Shown here one piece after another: positions 40,775 through 49,260 of a stretch of 64,000 bases of DNA. The position numbers were made by a program, and so were the translations under genes. The notes beneath the pieces were generated by a model. It made no database searches and had not been told where the DNA came from. It saw nothing but the letters and a program-made list of their open reading frames with translations. The number at the start of each line of letters is the position of its first letter. Position 1 is the first letter of the stretch. The DNA comes from an uncultured delta proteobacterium (GTDB taxonomy: Bacteria; Desulfobacterota; Desulfuromonadia; Geobacterales; DSM-12255): contig CAWBBV010000001.1 of the NCBI GenBank assembly GCA_963787125.1, positions 320,001 through 384,000 of the forward strand, read 5' to 3'.

Positions 40775-41554
40775 ATGTCCAGCGAAATAAAGGCCGCAGC
40801 TGTGCAGTTTAACATTACTCTGGGAGAAATCGAACCAAATCTTCAGCAGGTCAGGAGCTCCCTGGCAGGGCTGGCCGCAGAAGGTGTCCAGCTGGCTGTT
40901 CTCCCGGAGATGTGGGCCACCGGCTTTGCGTATAAGACGCTTAATCAGCTTGCAGCCCGCACTGAAGATGTCGTCGCCGAGCTTGCCGCCCTTTCGGCAA
41001 AATATTCCATGGTGATAATCGGCTCACTGCCCGAACCCCATGAAGAGAAGGTTTACAATTGCGCTTACGTTCTTGATAACGGCACGCTGAAGGGAAAATA
41101 TCGCAAAATGCACCTCTTTTCCCTCATGCAGGAGGATCGTTCCTTTGATAGCGGCGATTCGTGGCTGCTGGTCGACACCTCGGTCGGCAAGGTCGGAGTT
41201 ATTATCTGCTACGATCTTCGCTTCCCGGAACTGGCCCGCAGGCTGGCAGTTGAAGGGGCCCAAATCCTGGTGGTTCCGGGAGAGTGGCCAAAGCCGCGCC
41301 AAGAGCACTGGCGGACACTGCTGCGGGCCAGAGCGATAGAAAACCAGCTCTTTGTAGTGGCTACAAACTGCTGTGGGATTACGGGCAAGCTGGACTTTTT
41401 CGGCATGAGCTTGATTATAGATCCGAAAGGGGAGCTGCTGGCAGAAGCAGGTTACGAAGCTGAAAGCATAAGCGCACTCCTGAAATTTGAAGAGATGAAC
41501 GCCTGGCGGCAGCAGATACCATGCTTCACTGATCGCAAGCCGGGCTGTTATTAA
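40775..41554 (+). CDS. carbon-nitrogen hydrolase (nitrilase superfamily)
   Basis: Triad LPEMW, YRKMHLF, ICYDLRFPE; ARAIENQ. Confidence 0.92.
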   Translation: MSSEIKAAAVQFNITLGEIEPNLQQVRSSLAGLAAEGVQLAVLPEMWATGFAYKTLNQLAARTEDVVAELAALSAKYSMVIIGSLPEPHEEKVYNCAYVLDNGTLKGKYRKMHLFSLMQEDRSFDSGDSWLLVDTSVGKVGVIICYDLRFPELARRLAVEGAQILVVPGEWPKPRQEHWRTLLRARAIENQLFVVATNCCGITGKLDFFGMSLIIDPKGELLAEAGYEAESISALLKFEEMNAWRQQIPCFTDRKPGCY

Positions 41555-41628
41555 AAAGTTGACTTGACTGCCGCAGAGGAATATTTAAATTAAGGTTGAT
41601 CTGAAACTGATTTTTCGGAGGTGTCACT

Positions 41629-42303
41629 TTGTCTCTTTTCGCCGGTACAGGTATTGTTGTCAAGCTGGTTCTTTTTGTCCTGCTCTACTTTTCAGTGGTC
41701 TCCTGGGCAATAATTTTCTACAAGTTCATCCAGGTGCAGAAAGCGAACAAAGAGTCAGAGCTGTTTCTGACATTTTTCTGGCAGACAAAGCGCTTTGATG
41801 CGGTCAGCGCCCAGATTGACCGCTTCGCCAACTCCCCACTTTCCATCCTTTTCACTGAAGCATTTACCGAACTTAAGAAGCTGGGAGAGAAGGGGGAGGA
41901 GAAATCCGAACCGAACGTTTTCAGCACAGAGCTCGGCGGGATTGACAATATTGCCCGCGCCCTGCGCCGGGCGACAACTTCGGAAATTACCAGACTTGAC
42001 AAATACCTGACTTTTTTGGCGACAACCGGTTCTACTGCTCCTTTTATCGGCCTGTTCGGGACGGTCTGGGGTATCATGACCGCCTTCAAGGGGATCGGTG
42101 AAACCGGTTCTGCCTCACTTGCCGTTGTGGCGCCGGGCATAGCCGAGGCGCTGGTCGCAACCGCCATCGGCCTGGTTGCCGCTATTCCGGCCGTTATGGG
42201 CTATAACCATTTCCAGAACAAGATCAAGGTGCTTATTGCCGAGATGGACAACTTTTCAACTGAACTGCTGAATATCGTCCAGCGCAATTTTGCCAAGAAG
42301 TAG
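41629..42303 (+). CDS. tolQ: TolQ
   Basis: APFIGLFGTVWGIM, VAPGIAEAL, AIPAV. Confidence 0.93.
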   Translation: MSLFAGTGIVVKLVLFVLLYFSVVSWAIIFYKFIQVQKANKESELFLTFFWQTKRFDAVSAQIDRFANSPLSILFTEAFTELKKLGEKGEEKSEPNVFSTELGGIDNIARALRRATTSEITRLDKYLTFLATTGSTAPFIGLFGTVWGIMTAFKGIGETGSASLAVVAPGIAEALVATAIGLVAAIPAVMGYNHFQNKIKVLIAEMDNFSTELLNIVQRNFAKK

Positions 42304-42319
42304 ATAAAGGGAGCAGAGT

Positions 42320-42736
42320 ATGGATGTCGGTTCCAGAAGCAATGATCGCCAGGTAATGGCCCAGATAAACGTCACCCCGTTTGTGGACGTAATGCTGGTT
42401 CTTCTGGTCATTTTCATGATAACCGCCCCGATGATGCAGCAGGGGATGCAGGTGAATCTTCCCAAGACTGAAGCAAAAGCAATGAGCGTCAAGGACGAAC
42501 CGATCATTGTGACCATAGATAAAAGCGGTCGTGCCTTTCTGGAAAAATCCGAAATTCCCCAGGGGCAGCTCAAGGCAAAATTGGCCGCTCTTTTTGCATC
42601 AAAAAGCAAGAAAGAGGTCTTTTTGAAGGCTGACCGCGACGTTCCTTACGGGGATGTAATTCGTGCCATGGCCGAGATCAAGGGGGCCGGGGTTGAACGT
42701 CTCGGCATGCTTACGGAGCCTGCAGGGGCAAAATGA
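42320..42736 (+). CDS. tolR: TolR
   Basis: INVTPFVDVMLVLLVIFMITAP, ADRDVPYG. Confidence 0.93.
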   Translation: MDVGSRSNDRQVMAQINVTPFVDVMLVLLVIFMITAPMMQQGMQVNLPKTEAKAMSVKDEPIIVTIDKSGRAFLEKSEIPQGQLKAKLAALFASKSKKEVFLKADRDVPYGDVIRAMAEIKGAGVERLGMLTEPAGAK

Positions 42737-43491
42737 TCCCAACTGCTCCGCAACGTGACAAAACTGCAGGATGGACGTTCAGCCTCTCCCTGTTACTTCA
42801 CCTCATTATGCTGTTCATCTTCAACAATACGGCTCTTTTTCGAACCGCACTGCATGAATCGACCCCTTACTACGTAGATATTGTCTCGCTGCCTGACCCT
42901 GCTCCGGCACGAGGCGAGCCTGTATCTGCACCGACGCCGCCACTGCCGGCAGTTATGCCGCCGGCGCCCGCGCAAAAACCGGCTATGTCGCTCCCGGCAA
43001 AACAGCTTCCACCGACTCCTGCGAACTCCGCAGCGACTGCCGATCAGGAGCGAAGAGCTCAGGAAGCTCGCGAGTTCAGTGAAAGGATGAGCCGTTTAGA
43101 GCGCGATTCAGGCGCAAAACATCAGGCCGAGGCTCTCGCCTCCCTGCAAAAAAAAGCCGCGGAAAAGCGCGCGGCTGGTGCTACGCCGGCTGCAGGTATC
43201 GGTAAGGGGGCAGATTATGGCACCCACATTCAATCAAGGCTCAAAGATGCCCTGAGCCGCAATATAGCTTATGATTATCGGAGCAAGAACCCGGAAGCTG
43301 CAGTCCATCTTTATATTGATAAAAACGGCAAACTGACCAAATATGTCATGGAACATCCGTCTACTGATAAACTTTTCAATAATTCGGTCATCCGCACTAT
43401 TGAAAGCGCAAAGGCTTATTTCCCTCCAGTGCCATTAGGAGTGAATTTTGACAAGCTCTATGTTTTCAGCCCGCAAGAGGTAAAAAAGTGA
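42733..43491 (+). CDS. tolA: TolA/TonB-like energy transducer
   Basis: TM with SxxxH, Pro/Ala-rich linker, TonB-C-like end; between tolR and tolB. Confidence 0.78.
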   Translation: MIPTAPQRDKTAGWTFSLSLLLHLIMLFIFNNTALFRTALHESTPYYVDIVSLPDPAPARGEPVSAPTPPLPAVMPPAPAQKPAMSLPAKQLPPTPANSAATADQERRAQEAREFSERMSRLERDSGAKHQAEALASLQKKAAEKRAAGATPAAGIGKGADYGTHIQSRLKDALSRNIAYDYRSKNPEAAVHLYIDKNGKLTKYVMEHPSTDKLFNNSVIRTIESAKAYFPPVPLGVNFDKLYVFSPQEVKK

Positions 43492-44765
43492 CCCGTTTAC
43501 CCGGTTTTATTCTGTTTTTTCTGCTGCTAATCCTGCTCCCGGCAAGGAGTTTCGCTCAAAACGATTTTTTGACTGTAACTGCACCGGGAAATCGCCAGTT
43601 GCGCATGAATATTCTTCCGCCTGCCACCTCGGCAGGAAATCATAATCAAAAGATAGCCGCTGAAATTGAGGAGATATTCCGGCTAGACCTTGGTATTACC
43701 GGAATATTCAGCGTGTTAACTCCGCCAGAAGCAGCCAGAGAGCAAACAAAAGGTTCGCCAGAAGCCACAACCGAAGCCGACCTGCTGCTAAAAACAGTTT
43801 ACACGCTGGCGCCAACATCAATCACCTTCGAATATCGACTTACTGAGCTCCCTTCCGGCCGGGAAATCCTTGCCAAACGCTACAGTGCCTCTTTGCAGGA
43901 TCTGCGAAAAACCGCCCATACTTTTTCTGACGATATCCTCTATTCACTCACCGGAGAGCGGGGCCCTTTTACTGCCAAGCTTGCCTATGTTTCGACTTCA
44001 TCCGGAAACAAAGAGCTTTACCTGATGGACTGGGACGGGCAGAACAGCCGTAAGCTTACTGCCAACGGCTCTATCAATCTGAATCCGGAATTTTCACCTT
44101 CAGGCAAAGAAATAGTTTTCACCTCATATAAGAACGGCAATCCGGATCTTTACCGGCGCGAGCTTTTAACCGGTTCTGAAGCACGGATATCCTCAGGCCC
44201 GGGAATAAATATCACCGCAGCGTTCTCTCCTGAAGGGAACAGGATAGCTCTAGCCATGAGCAAAGACGGCAATTCCGAGATATACCTGATAACCAAGGAA
44301 GGAAAGCAGCTTGCCAGATTAACCACTAACCCTGCTATTGACATCTCGCCTTCCTGGTCACCGGACGGCAGATTCATTACGTTTGTCTCGGATCGTTTCG
44401 GTAAACCGCAAATATTCATCATGCACTCTGATGGCAGCGAAGTTAAAAGACTCACCACAAGCGGTGCGTACAACGTTGCTCCACGGTGGTCGCCAAAAGG
44501 TGACAGAATTGCCTATAGCCGTCAGTATGGCGATAAATTCCAGATTCATCTGATAAACCCCGACGGCAGTGATGATAAACAGATTACTTTTGAAGGGAAT
44601 AATGAACACCCCCGCTGGTCTCCGGATGGCAGATTTATTGTTTTTGGCAGCAAACGAAATGGTTCCGAGTCGGTTTATGTGATGCGTGCTGATGGCTCCG
44701 GACAGGTCAAAATATCGCGTAACAATGCAAAAGATTCCCATCCGACCTGGTCACCACGCTGGTGA
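43488..44765 (+). CDS. tolB: TolB beta-propeller
   Basis: Repeated P.WSPDG (PD40) motifs; AHTFSDDI. Confidence 0.92.
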   Translation: MTRLPGFILFFLLLILLPARSFAQNDFLTVTAPGNRQLRMNILPPATSAGNHNQKIAAEIEEIFRLDLGITGIFSVLTPPEAAREQTKGSPEATTEADLLLKTVYTLAPTSITFEYRLTELPSGREILAKRYSASLQDLRKTAHTFSDDILYSLTGERGPFTAKLAYVSTSSGNKELYLMDWDGQNSRKLTANGSINLNPEFSPSGKEIVFTSYKNGNPDLYRRELLTGSEARISSGPGINITAAFSPEGNRIALAMSKDGNSEIYLITKEGKQLARLTTNPAIDISPSWSPDGRFITFVSDRFGKPQIFIMHSDGSEVKRLTTSGAYNVAPRWSPKGDRIAYSRQYGDKFQIHLINPDGSDDKQITFEGNNEHPRWSPDGRFIVFGSKRNGSESVYVMRADGSGQVKISRNNAKDSHPTWSPRW

Positions 44766-44872
44766 TGCGGAAGAAAAAGCTGTATTTTTCAAAGAGATAT
44801 TGAAAACGGCTTAAACTTATGTATAATCGCTTTCACACAATGTTTTAGAATATCAGTCGAAAGGAGTTTTTT

Positions 44873-45595
44873 ATGCGTAATGCTTTTTTCAGGAGTATTG
44901 TAGTTCTTTCTCTTCCCATCATGCTGATCAGCGGCTGTGCCAAGGATCAGGTTAAACCTGACGCTGGTATTTCGCCGGATAAGACGACAGCTTCAGCGAC
45001 TGCTGACAAGCAATCATCTCCTGAGCAGCTGACCGCAGCCCAGCAGCAGGCGGCAGCCCAGCAAAAGGCAGCAGCTCAGCAGCAGGCAGCAGCCCAGCAG
45101 CAGGCAGCAGCCCAGCAGCAGGCGGCAGCCCAGCAACAGGCAGCAGCTCAGCAGCAGGCGGCAGCCCAGCAGCAGTCAGCAGCCCAGCAGCAGGCGTCTG
45201 CCCAGCAGCAGTCAGCAGCTCAGCAGCAGCAGGCGGCGGCGCAAGCTAACGAGGCTATCAGGGTTTTCCTCAAAACAATCAATTTTGATTTTGATTCTTA
45301 TGTATTGCGCCAGACTGACAGGGACATTCTCTATAGCAACGCTGACTACCTGATCAAGAAATACAAGGGAAAAATCAAACTGGAAGGCCACTGTGACGAG
45401 CGTGGTTCGGATGAATACAACCTTGCTTTGGGAGAAAATCGTGCCAAGGCAGCGCTGAACTATCTGCTGACTCTCGGGGTTCCGGCTGAGCAGCTTTCCA
45501 TAGTCAGTTACGGCAAAGAGAAGCCGCTTGACAATGGTCATACCGAAGAGGCCTGGGCAAAAAACAGAAGAGTTGAATTCACCATAGTGAAATAG
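44873..45595 (+). CDS. pal: peptidoglycan-associated lipoprotein Pal with Gln/Ala repeat linker
   Basis: Lipobox ISGC; FDFD, EGHCDERGSDEYNLALGENRA, SYGKEKP, NRRVEF. Confidence 0.93.
   Translation: MRNAFFRSIVVLSLPIMLISGCAKDQVKPDAGISPDKTTASATADKQSSPEQLTAAQQQAAAQQKAAAQQQAAAQQQAAAQQQAAAQQQAAAQQQAAAQQQSAAQQQASAQQQSAAQQQQAAAQANEAIRVFLKTINFDFDSYVLRQTDRDILYSNADYLIKKYKGKIKLEGHCDERGSDEYNLALGENRAKAALNYLLTLGVPAEQLSIVSYGKEKPLDNGHTEEAWAKNRRVEFTIVK
45041..45241 (+). repeat. 18-bp in-frame tandem repeat, 11 copies (CAGCAGCAGGCRGCAGCY)
   Basis: Read directly; encodes (QQQAAA)n; last copy has an extra CAG. Confidence 0.95.
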
Positions 45596-45614
45596 TCTCT
45601 TTTAAAACGGTAAC

Positions 45615-45641
45615 AAAAAAGGAGCCATACGGCTCCTTTTT
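45615..45641 (+). terminator. intrinsic terminator after pal
   Basis: AAAAAAGGAGCC-atac-GGCTCCTTTTT. Confidence 0.8.
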
Positions 45642-45667
45642 ACTTTCACCGCTAGGAAGGTCTGCAG

Positions 45668-46492
45668 ATGAACAAAAATATCATATTTATTCCGTTCCTG
45701 CTCTCCCTTGCCGCCTGTGCGACAAAAGGAGACATGAACATCGCCCAGCAGGATATTGAAGAGATGAAAACCCGTCTTCTTCAGGTTGAAAAGAATGTTT
45801 CTGCTGTCAAGGTGGAGGCGAGGGAGATAGCTGAGAAAGGCTCGCGTGAAGCGCTGAAAAACCTTGAAATCCTCCGCAAAGGGACTGCTGACATGCAGGC
45901 CAATCTCGATACCATGCGGATTGATGTTCAGGTAATGACCGGCAAGGTTGATGATCTTGGCCTTGCCGCAAAAAAGCCTTTTGATGATATTTCCCTATTG
46001 AAAGAAGATACCTCCAAGTCGGTAATTTCGATGGATACGCGACTCAAAAAACTGGAAAGTGACCTGGAACAGGCAAACGTGAAAATTAGCGCCATTGCCA
46101 AATCACTGGAACAGCCACCAAATCCGGATAACATCTACAAGGAAGCATTGGATACATTAAAGAGTGGCGAAATCGGCAAATCAAGGGATATGTTCAACAA
46201 GTTCAATGAACAGTTCCCTGACAGTAAGCTGGCAGCAAACGTACGCTACTGGATCGGAGAGACATTCTATCAGGAAAAAAATTATGTCGAGGCTGCCGTT
46301 GAATTCCAGCGGGTAATAAAAGAGTATCCGGGTAAAGAGAAAGTTCCTGCCGCCATGCTCAAACTTGGGTTGTCATTCAGAGAGCTTGGTGACATAAAAA
46401 GCGCCAAGTTTATAATCAAGGACATGATAGACAAGTTCCCGAAAGCCGAAGAGGTCCCGGCGGCTAAAGAGGTTTTGCACAAGCTCAAATAG
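45668..46492 (+). CDS. cpoB: tol-pal system protein CpoB/YbgF
   Basis: Lipobox LAAC, coiled coil, TPR with YWIGE and KVPAAMLKLG. Confidence 0.88.
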   Translation: MNKNIIFIPFLLSLAACATKGDMNIAQQDIEEMKTRLLQVEKNVSAVKVEAREIAEKGSREALKNLEILRKGTADMQANLDTMRIDVQVMTGKVDDLGLAAKKPFDDISLLKEDTSKSVISMDTRLKKLESDLEQANVKISAIAKSLEQPPNPDNIYKEALDTLKSGEIGKSRDMFNKFNEQFPDSKLAANVRYWIGETFYQEKNYVEAAVEFQRVIKEYPGKEKVPAAMLKLGLSFRELGDIKSAKFIIKDMIDKFPKAEEVPAAKEVLHKLK

Positions 46493-46493
46493 G

Positions 46494-46521
46494 AAAAGGC
46501 GGGGAAACTTCCCCGCCTTTT
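46494..46521. terminator. bidirectional intrinsic terminator
   Basis: AAAAGGCGGGGAA-ac-TTCCCCGCCTTTT between convergent cpoB and tatA. Confidence 0.85.
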
Positions 46522-46543
46522 CTCGTTTCAATAGCAAAAAGGC

Positions 46544-46828
46544 TTACGACTTCATATTGCCAGCCGGATCCTTGATCTCTTCCTTGACATGGGTTGCAGT
46601 AGGTTTTTCTTTTTCTTCCTTCAGACTTGCTTCTTTGGCGAGCCGCTCTTTTTCCTCAGCAGCTTTTGCCTCCTCATCGACCCCTTGCCGAAAGTCTTCC
46701 GTTGCCCGCTTGAACTCAGCCAGTCCTTTCCCGAGAGTCTTGGCAAGCTCCGGAAGTTTCTGGGGACCAATGACAATCAGGGCTATAACCAGGATGATAA
46801 TCATCTCGGGCATTCCAATTCCAAACAT
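46544..46828 (-). CDS. tatA: TatA/TatB twin-arginine translocase subunit
   Basis: MFGIGMPE..IGPQKLPELAKTLGKGLAEFK. Confidence 0.85.
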   Translation of the reverse strand: MFGIGMPEMIIILVIALIVIGPQKLPELAKTLGKGLAEFKRATEDFRQGVDEEAKAAEEKERLAKEASLKEEKEKPTATHVKEEIKDPAGNMKS

Positions 46829-46962
46829 GATATCTCCTTATGAACGCAGCAAAAAAACAGATTGATTTCATCAGGAGGATAATATTATTGGATTCCGGAG
46901 TCAACGTCAAAGAGGCTACAGCATGGATTCCCATTCATGTTCTTTTGTGCTAGGCTACAACC

Positions 46963-48288
46963 ATGAAAAAATCACTCCCTAAATTGCTCTACGCTGACGC
47001 GAAGGGTAACATCTTTGACCATCCGACCCTTACCATGGCCGGGATGAGTGCCACTGAAGCAGTTCTTCCCGAAGGGGTTGAACTTATCCCCCTGCCCGCT
47101 GACAGCAGGCTCTTCACAATACCGGATACCCCGCCAATCGCGTGGGATGAACGGCAAAAGAAGTTTATAACAGTGGCATCAGTCCGCCAGGGAAAGCGGG
47201 AAATCCCGATACAGGCTGTCTCTGCCTTTATGGCGCCGGGATGGCTGCGGACCTTGCTCCCTGCCTGCGACTACGCCAAAAAGAAGGTGCAGTTGCCGCT
47301 CTGGTCATACACAGCGGTCGGCTGGGACGAAGCGACCGAGCAAATTGTTGTTGCTGCCACCAGAGTCGACTCTAACGAGAATTGGCTCCCGAAAAATTAC
47401 GACGACAGAAAACTCGATCCGCTGGTCCGAAAGCTGCTCAAAGCGTTCCCTGACAATCGGCTTCTGGAACAGCTTTCCCGGTGCGCAATAGACTACCACT
47501 GTTTCGCCGCCAAGAATCTCTTCTATCGTCGCTGGGAAGCACCGATACCGACATCCCCTGTCTGCAACTCCCGCTGTCTCGGCTGCATCAGCCTGCAGCC
47601 ATCTGACTGCTGTCCGTCAAACCATGACAGAATTGGTTTCGTGCCTACACCGGAAGAGATAGTAGAGTTGATGCTGCCACATCTGCTCGAAGCTCCCGAG
47701 TCGATTGTCTCCTACGGGCAGGGTTGTGAGGGCGATCCTATCATGCAGGCTGAAACCGTGGCAGAAGCAACCAGAAGGCTTAAAAAAGCTGCTGGTTGCC
47801 GCGGAACCGTGAACTTTAATTCCAACGGTTCCATTCCCGAACGGATCAGGCTTCTCTGTGACGCCGGCATGGACTCGATGCGTTTTTCCATGAATTCGGT
47901 GCAGGAAGAGCTTTATAACCGCTACTACCGCCCGGTTAACTATCGCTTCAAAGATGTGATCGAGTCCGTCAAGATCGCCAAGGAGCGTGGGCTCTTTACC
48001 ATGATCAACTACCTGGTCTCTCCCGGGGTGACTGATTCTCCGGCCGAGGCAGACGCGCTTATGAAGTTTTTGGCGCATACGGGAGTTGACATGCTCCAAC
48101 TGCGCAATATTTCTATCGACCCGGATTACTACAATCTGGAACTGGGGATGAATAGCCGCGGTACAGGGATGTACGGGCTGCTGGAGAGGATAAAGAGTGA
48201 GTTTCCAAAGGTCCAGTTTGGCTATTTCAACAGGACAAAGGAGAATTTCTTTCCTGATGGGTATGAGAAAGGGTGGCCTATTAAATGA
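46963..48288 (+). CDS. radical SAM protein of unknown function
   Basis: CNSRCLGC CxxxCxxC motif; SYGQGCEGDP. Confidence 0.85.
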   Translation: MKKSLPKLLYADAKGNIFDHPTLTMAGMSATEAVLPEGVELIPLPADSRLFTIPDTPPIAWDERQKKFITVASVRQGKREIPIQAVSAFMAPGWLRTLLPACDYAKKKVQLPLWSYTAVGWDEATEQIVVAATRVDSNENWLPKNYDDRKLDPLVRKLLKAFPDNRLLEQLSRCAIDYHCFAAKNLFYRRWEAPIPTSPVCNSRCLGCISLQPSDCCPSNHDRIGFVPTPEEIVELMLPHLLEAPESIVSYGQGCEGDPIMQAETVAEATRRLKKAAGCRGTVNFNSNGSIPERIRLLCDAGMDSMRFSMNSVQEELYNRYYRPVNYRFKDVIESVKIAKERGLFTMINYLVSPGVTDSPAEADALMKFLAHTGVDMLQLRNISIDPDYYNLELGMNSRGTGMYGLLERIKSEFPKVQFGYFNRTKENFFPDGYEKGWPIK

Positions 48289-48321
48289 AAAAGCCTGCGG
48301 TGTTGCTACCGCAGGCTTTTT
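48288..48321. terminator. bidirectional intrinsic terminator
   Basis: AAAAAGCCTGCGGT-gttgct-ACCGCAGGCTTTTT. Confidence 0.85.
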
Positions 48322-48344
48322 GCTGGAAATCCATGTAACCCGGC

Positions 48345-49130
48345 TTATTCTATCGTAAACTCACCTTCCTCGATGATAACTTCATATTTGTAGCCCCCGC
48401 CGAAATCCTTGTCCTTGTAGAGAGTTCCGCGGACAAGAACCACTTCGCCTTCTGCGGGTATCGATTTTGACGTCACAACCAGATTAAAGTCGCCTGTGGC
48501 GTGGGCACCGGAACCGTCCCGTAGATGAACCCAATTTTTCCCCATGATATTGCTGGAGACTTTAACAACCTTGCCTCTGACAACAACCTTCTTTTTGTTG
48601 AGCTTCGCCCTGTTCTTGTAGAGCTCGGATACGGTGTAGGCGTTTTTGCCGGAGGCTTTTTTCACCTTGACTTTCACATCAGGTGATACAGTGCCGCGAC
48701 TGCCTGGAGAGGTACCGCTGACGTCCTTTTTTTCTTTCCCTTTTGCTGGAGTTACTGCCTCAGTGAAGATGATCTGGTCGAAAACCCTTTTGAGAGTCTT
48801 GCTCTCAAAACCGTGCATGACCATGCCGGGATTGAAAGTCTGCTGGGAACCGACAGCTATCTCGGCTGCCGGAACAGCAAGCCAGACCTTTTCGCCGGAT
48901 TTTTTCCGCAGTTCAATATACGTGTAGCCACCACTGTTTATTGTCTGCAGTACTTTGCCGCTGTGAGGTTCCGTCGGCTCCGGAGGTGGCGTCGGGATAG
49001 TGGCATTATCGTTAGTGCCCCGCATGAACGGCTCGTTCCCCGCACCATGGCCTGCGGGTGGCTGGGCAAAAACAGTGGAAGTTGTTACCATCAGCCCTGC
49101 TGTTATCAGGCAGGTTTTAATAAAGCGCAT
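48345..49130 (-). CDS. exported protein with tandem OB-fold-like domains
   Basis: Signal peptide; GKVLQT..GGYTY..WLA; RGKVVK..IMGKNWVHL.DG; KDFGGGY. Confidence 0.75.
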   Translation of the reverse strand: MRFIKTCLITAGLMVTTSTVFAQPPAGHGAGNEPFMRGTNDNATIPTPPPEPTEPHSGKVLQTINSGGYTYIELRKKSGEKVWLAVPAAEIAVGSQQTFNPGMVMHGFESKTLKRVFDQIIFTEAVTPAKGKEKKDVSGTSPGSRGTVSPDVKVKVKKASGKNAYTVSELYKNRAKLNKKKVVVRGKVVKVSSNIMGKNWVHLRDGSGAHATGDFNLVVTSKSIPAEGEVVLVRGTLYKDKDFGGGYKYEVIIEEGEFTIE

Positions 49131-49260
49131 GCTGTTCTCCTTTTAAGTTGAGTAGTGGCTGTTATTATTTCTAATAGTCTCGAAGTTGTCAAATCAGATA
49201 TGAGAAAATCTGCCTGATTTGTGTTAATATTTCTCCATCAGTCGGTTTCTGGGAGTTAAG

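Noticed and set aside
45041..45241. Tandem repeat as a CRISPR array
   Set aside because: No spacers; in-frame coding repeat inside pal; no cas genes
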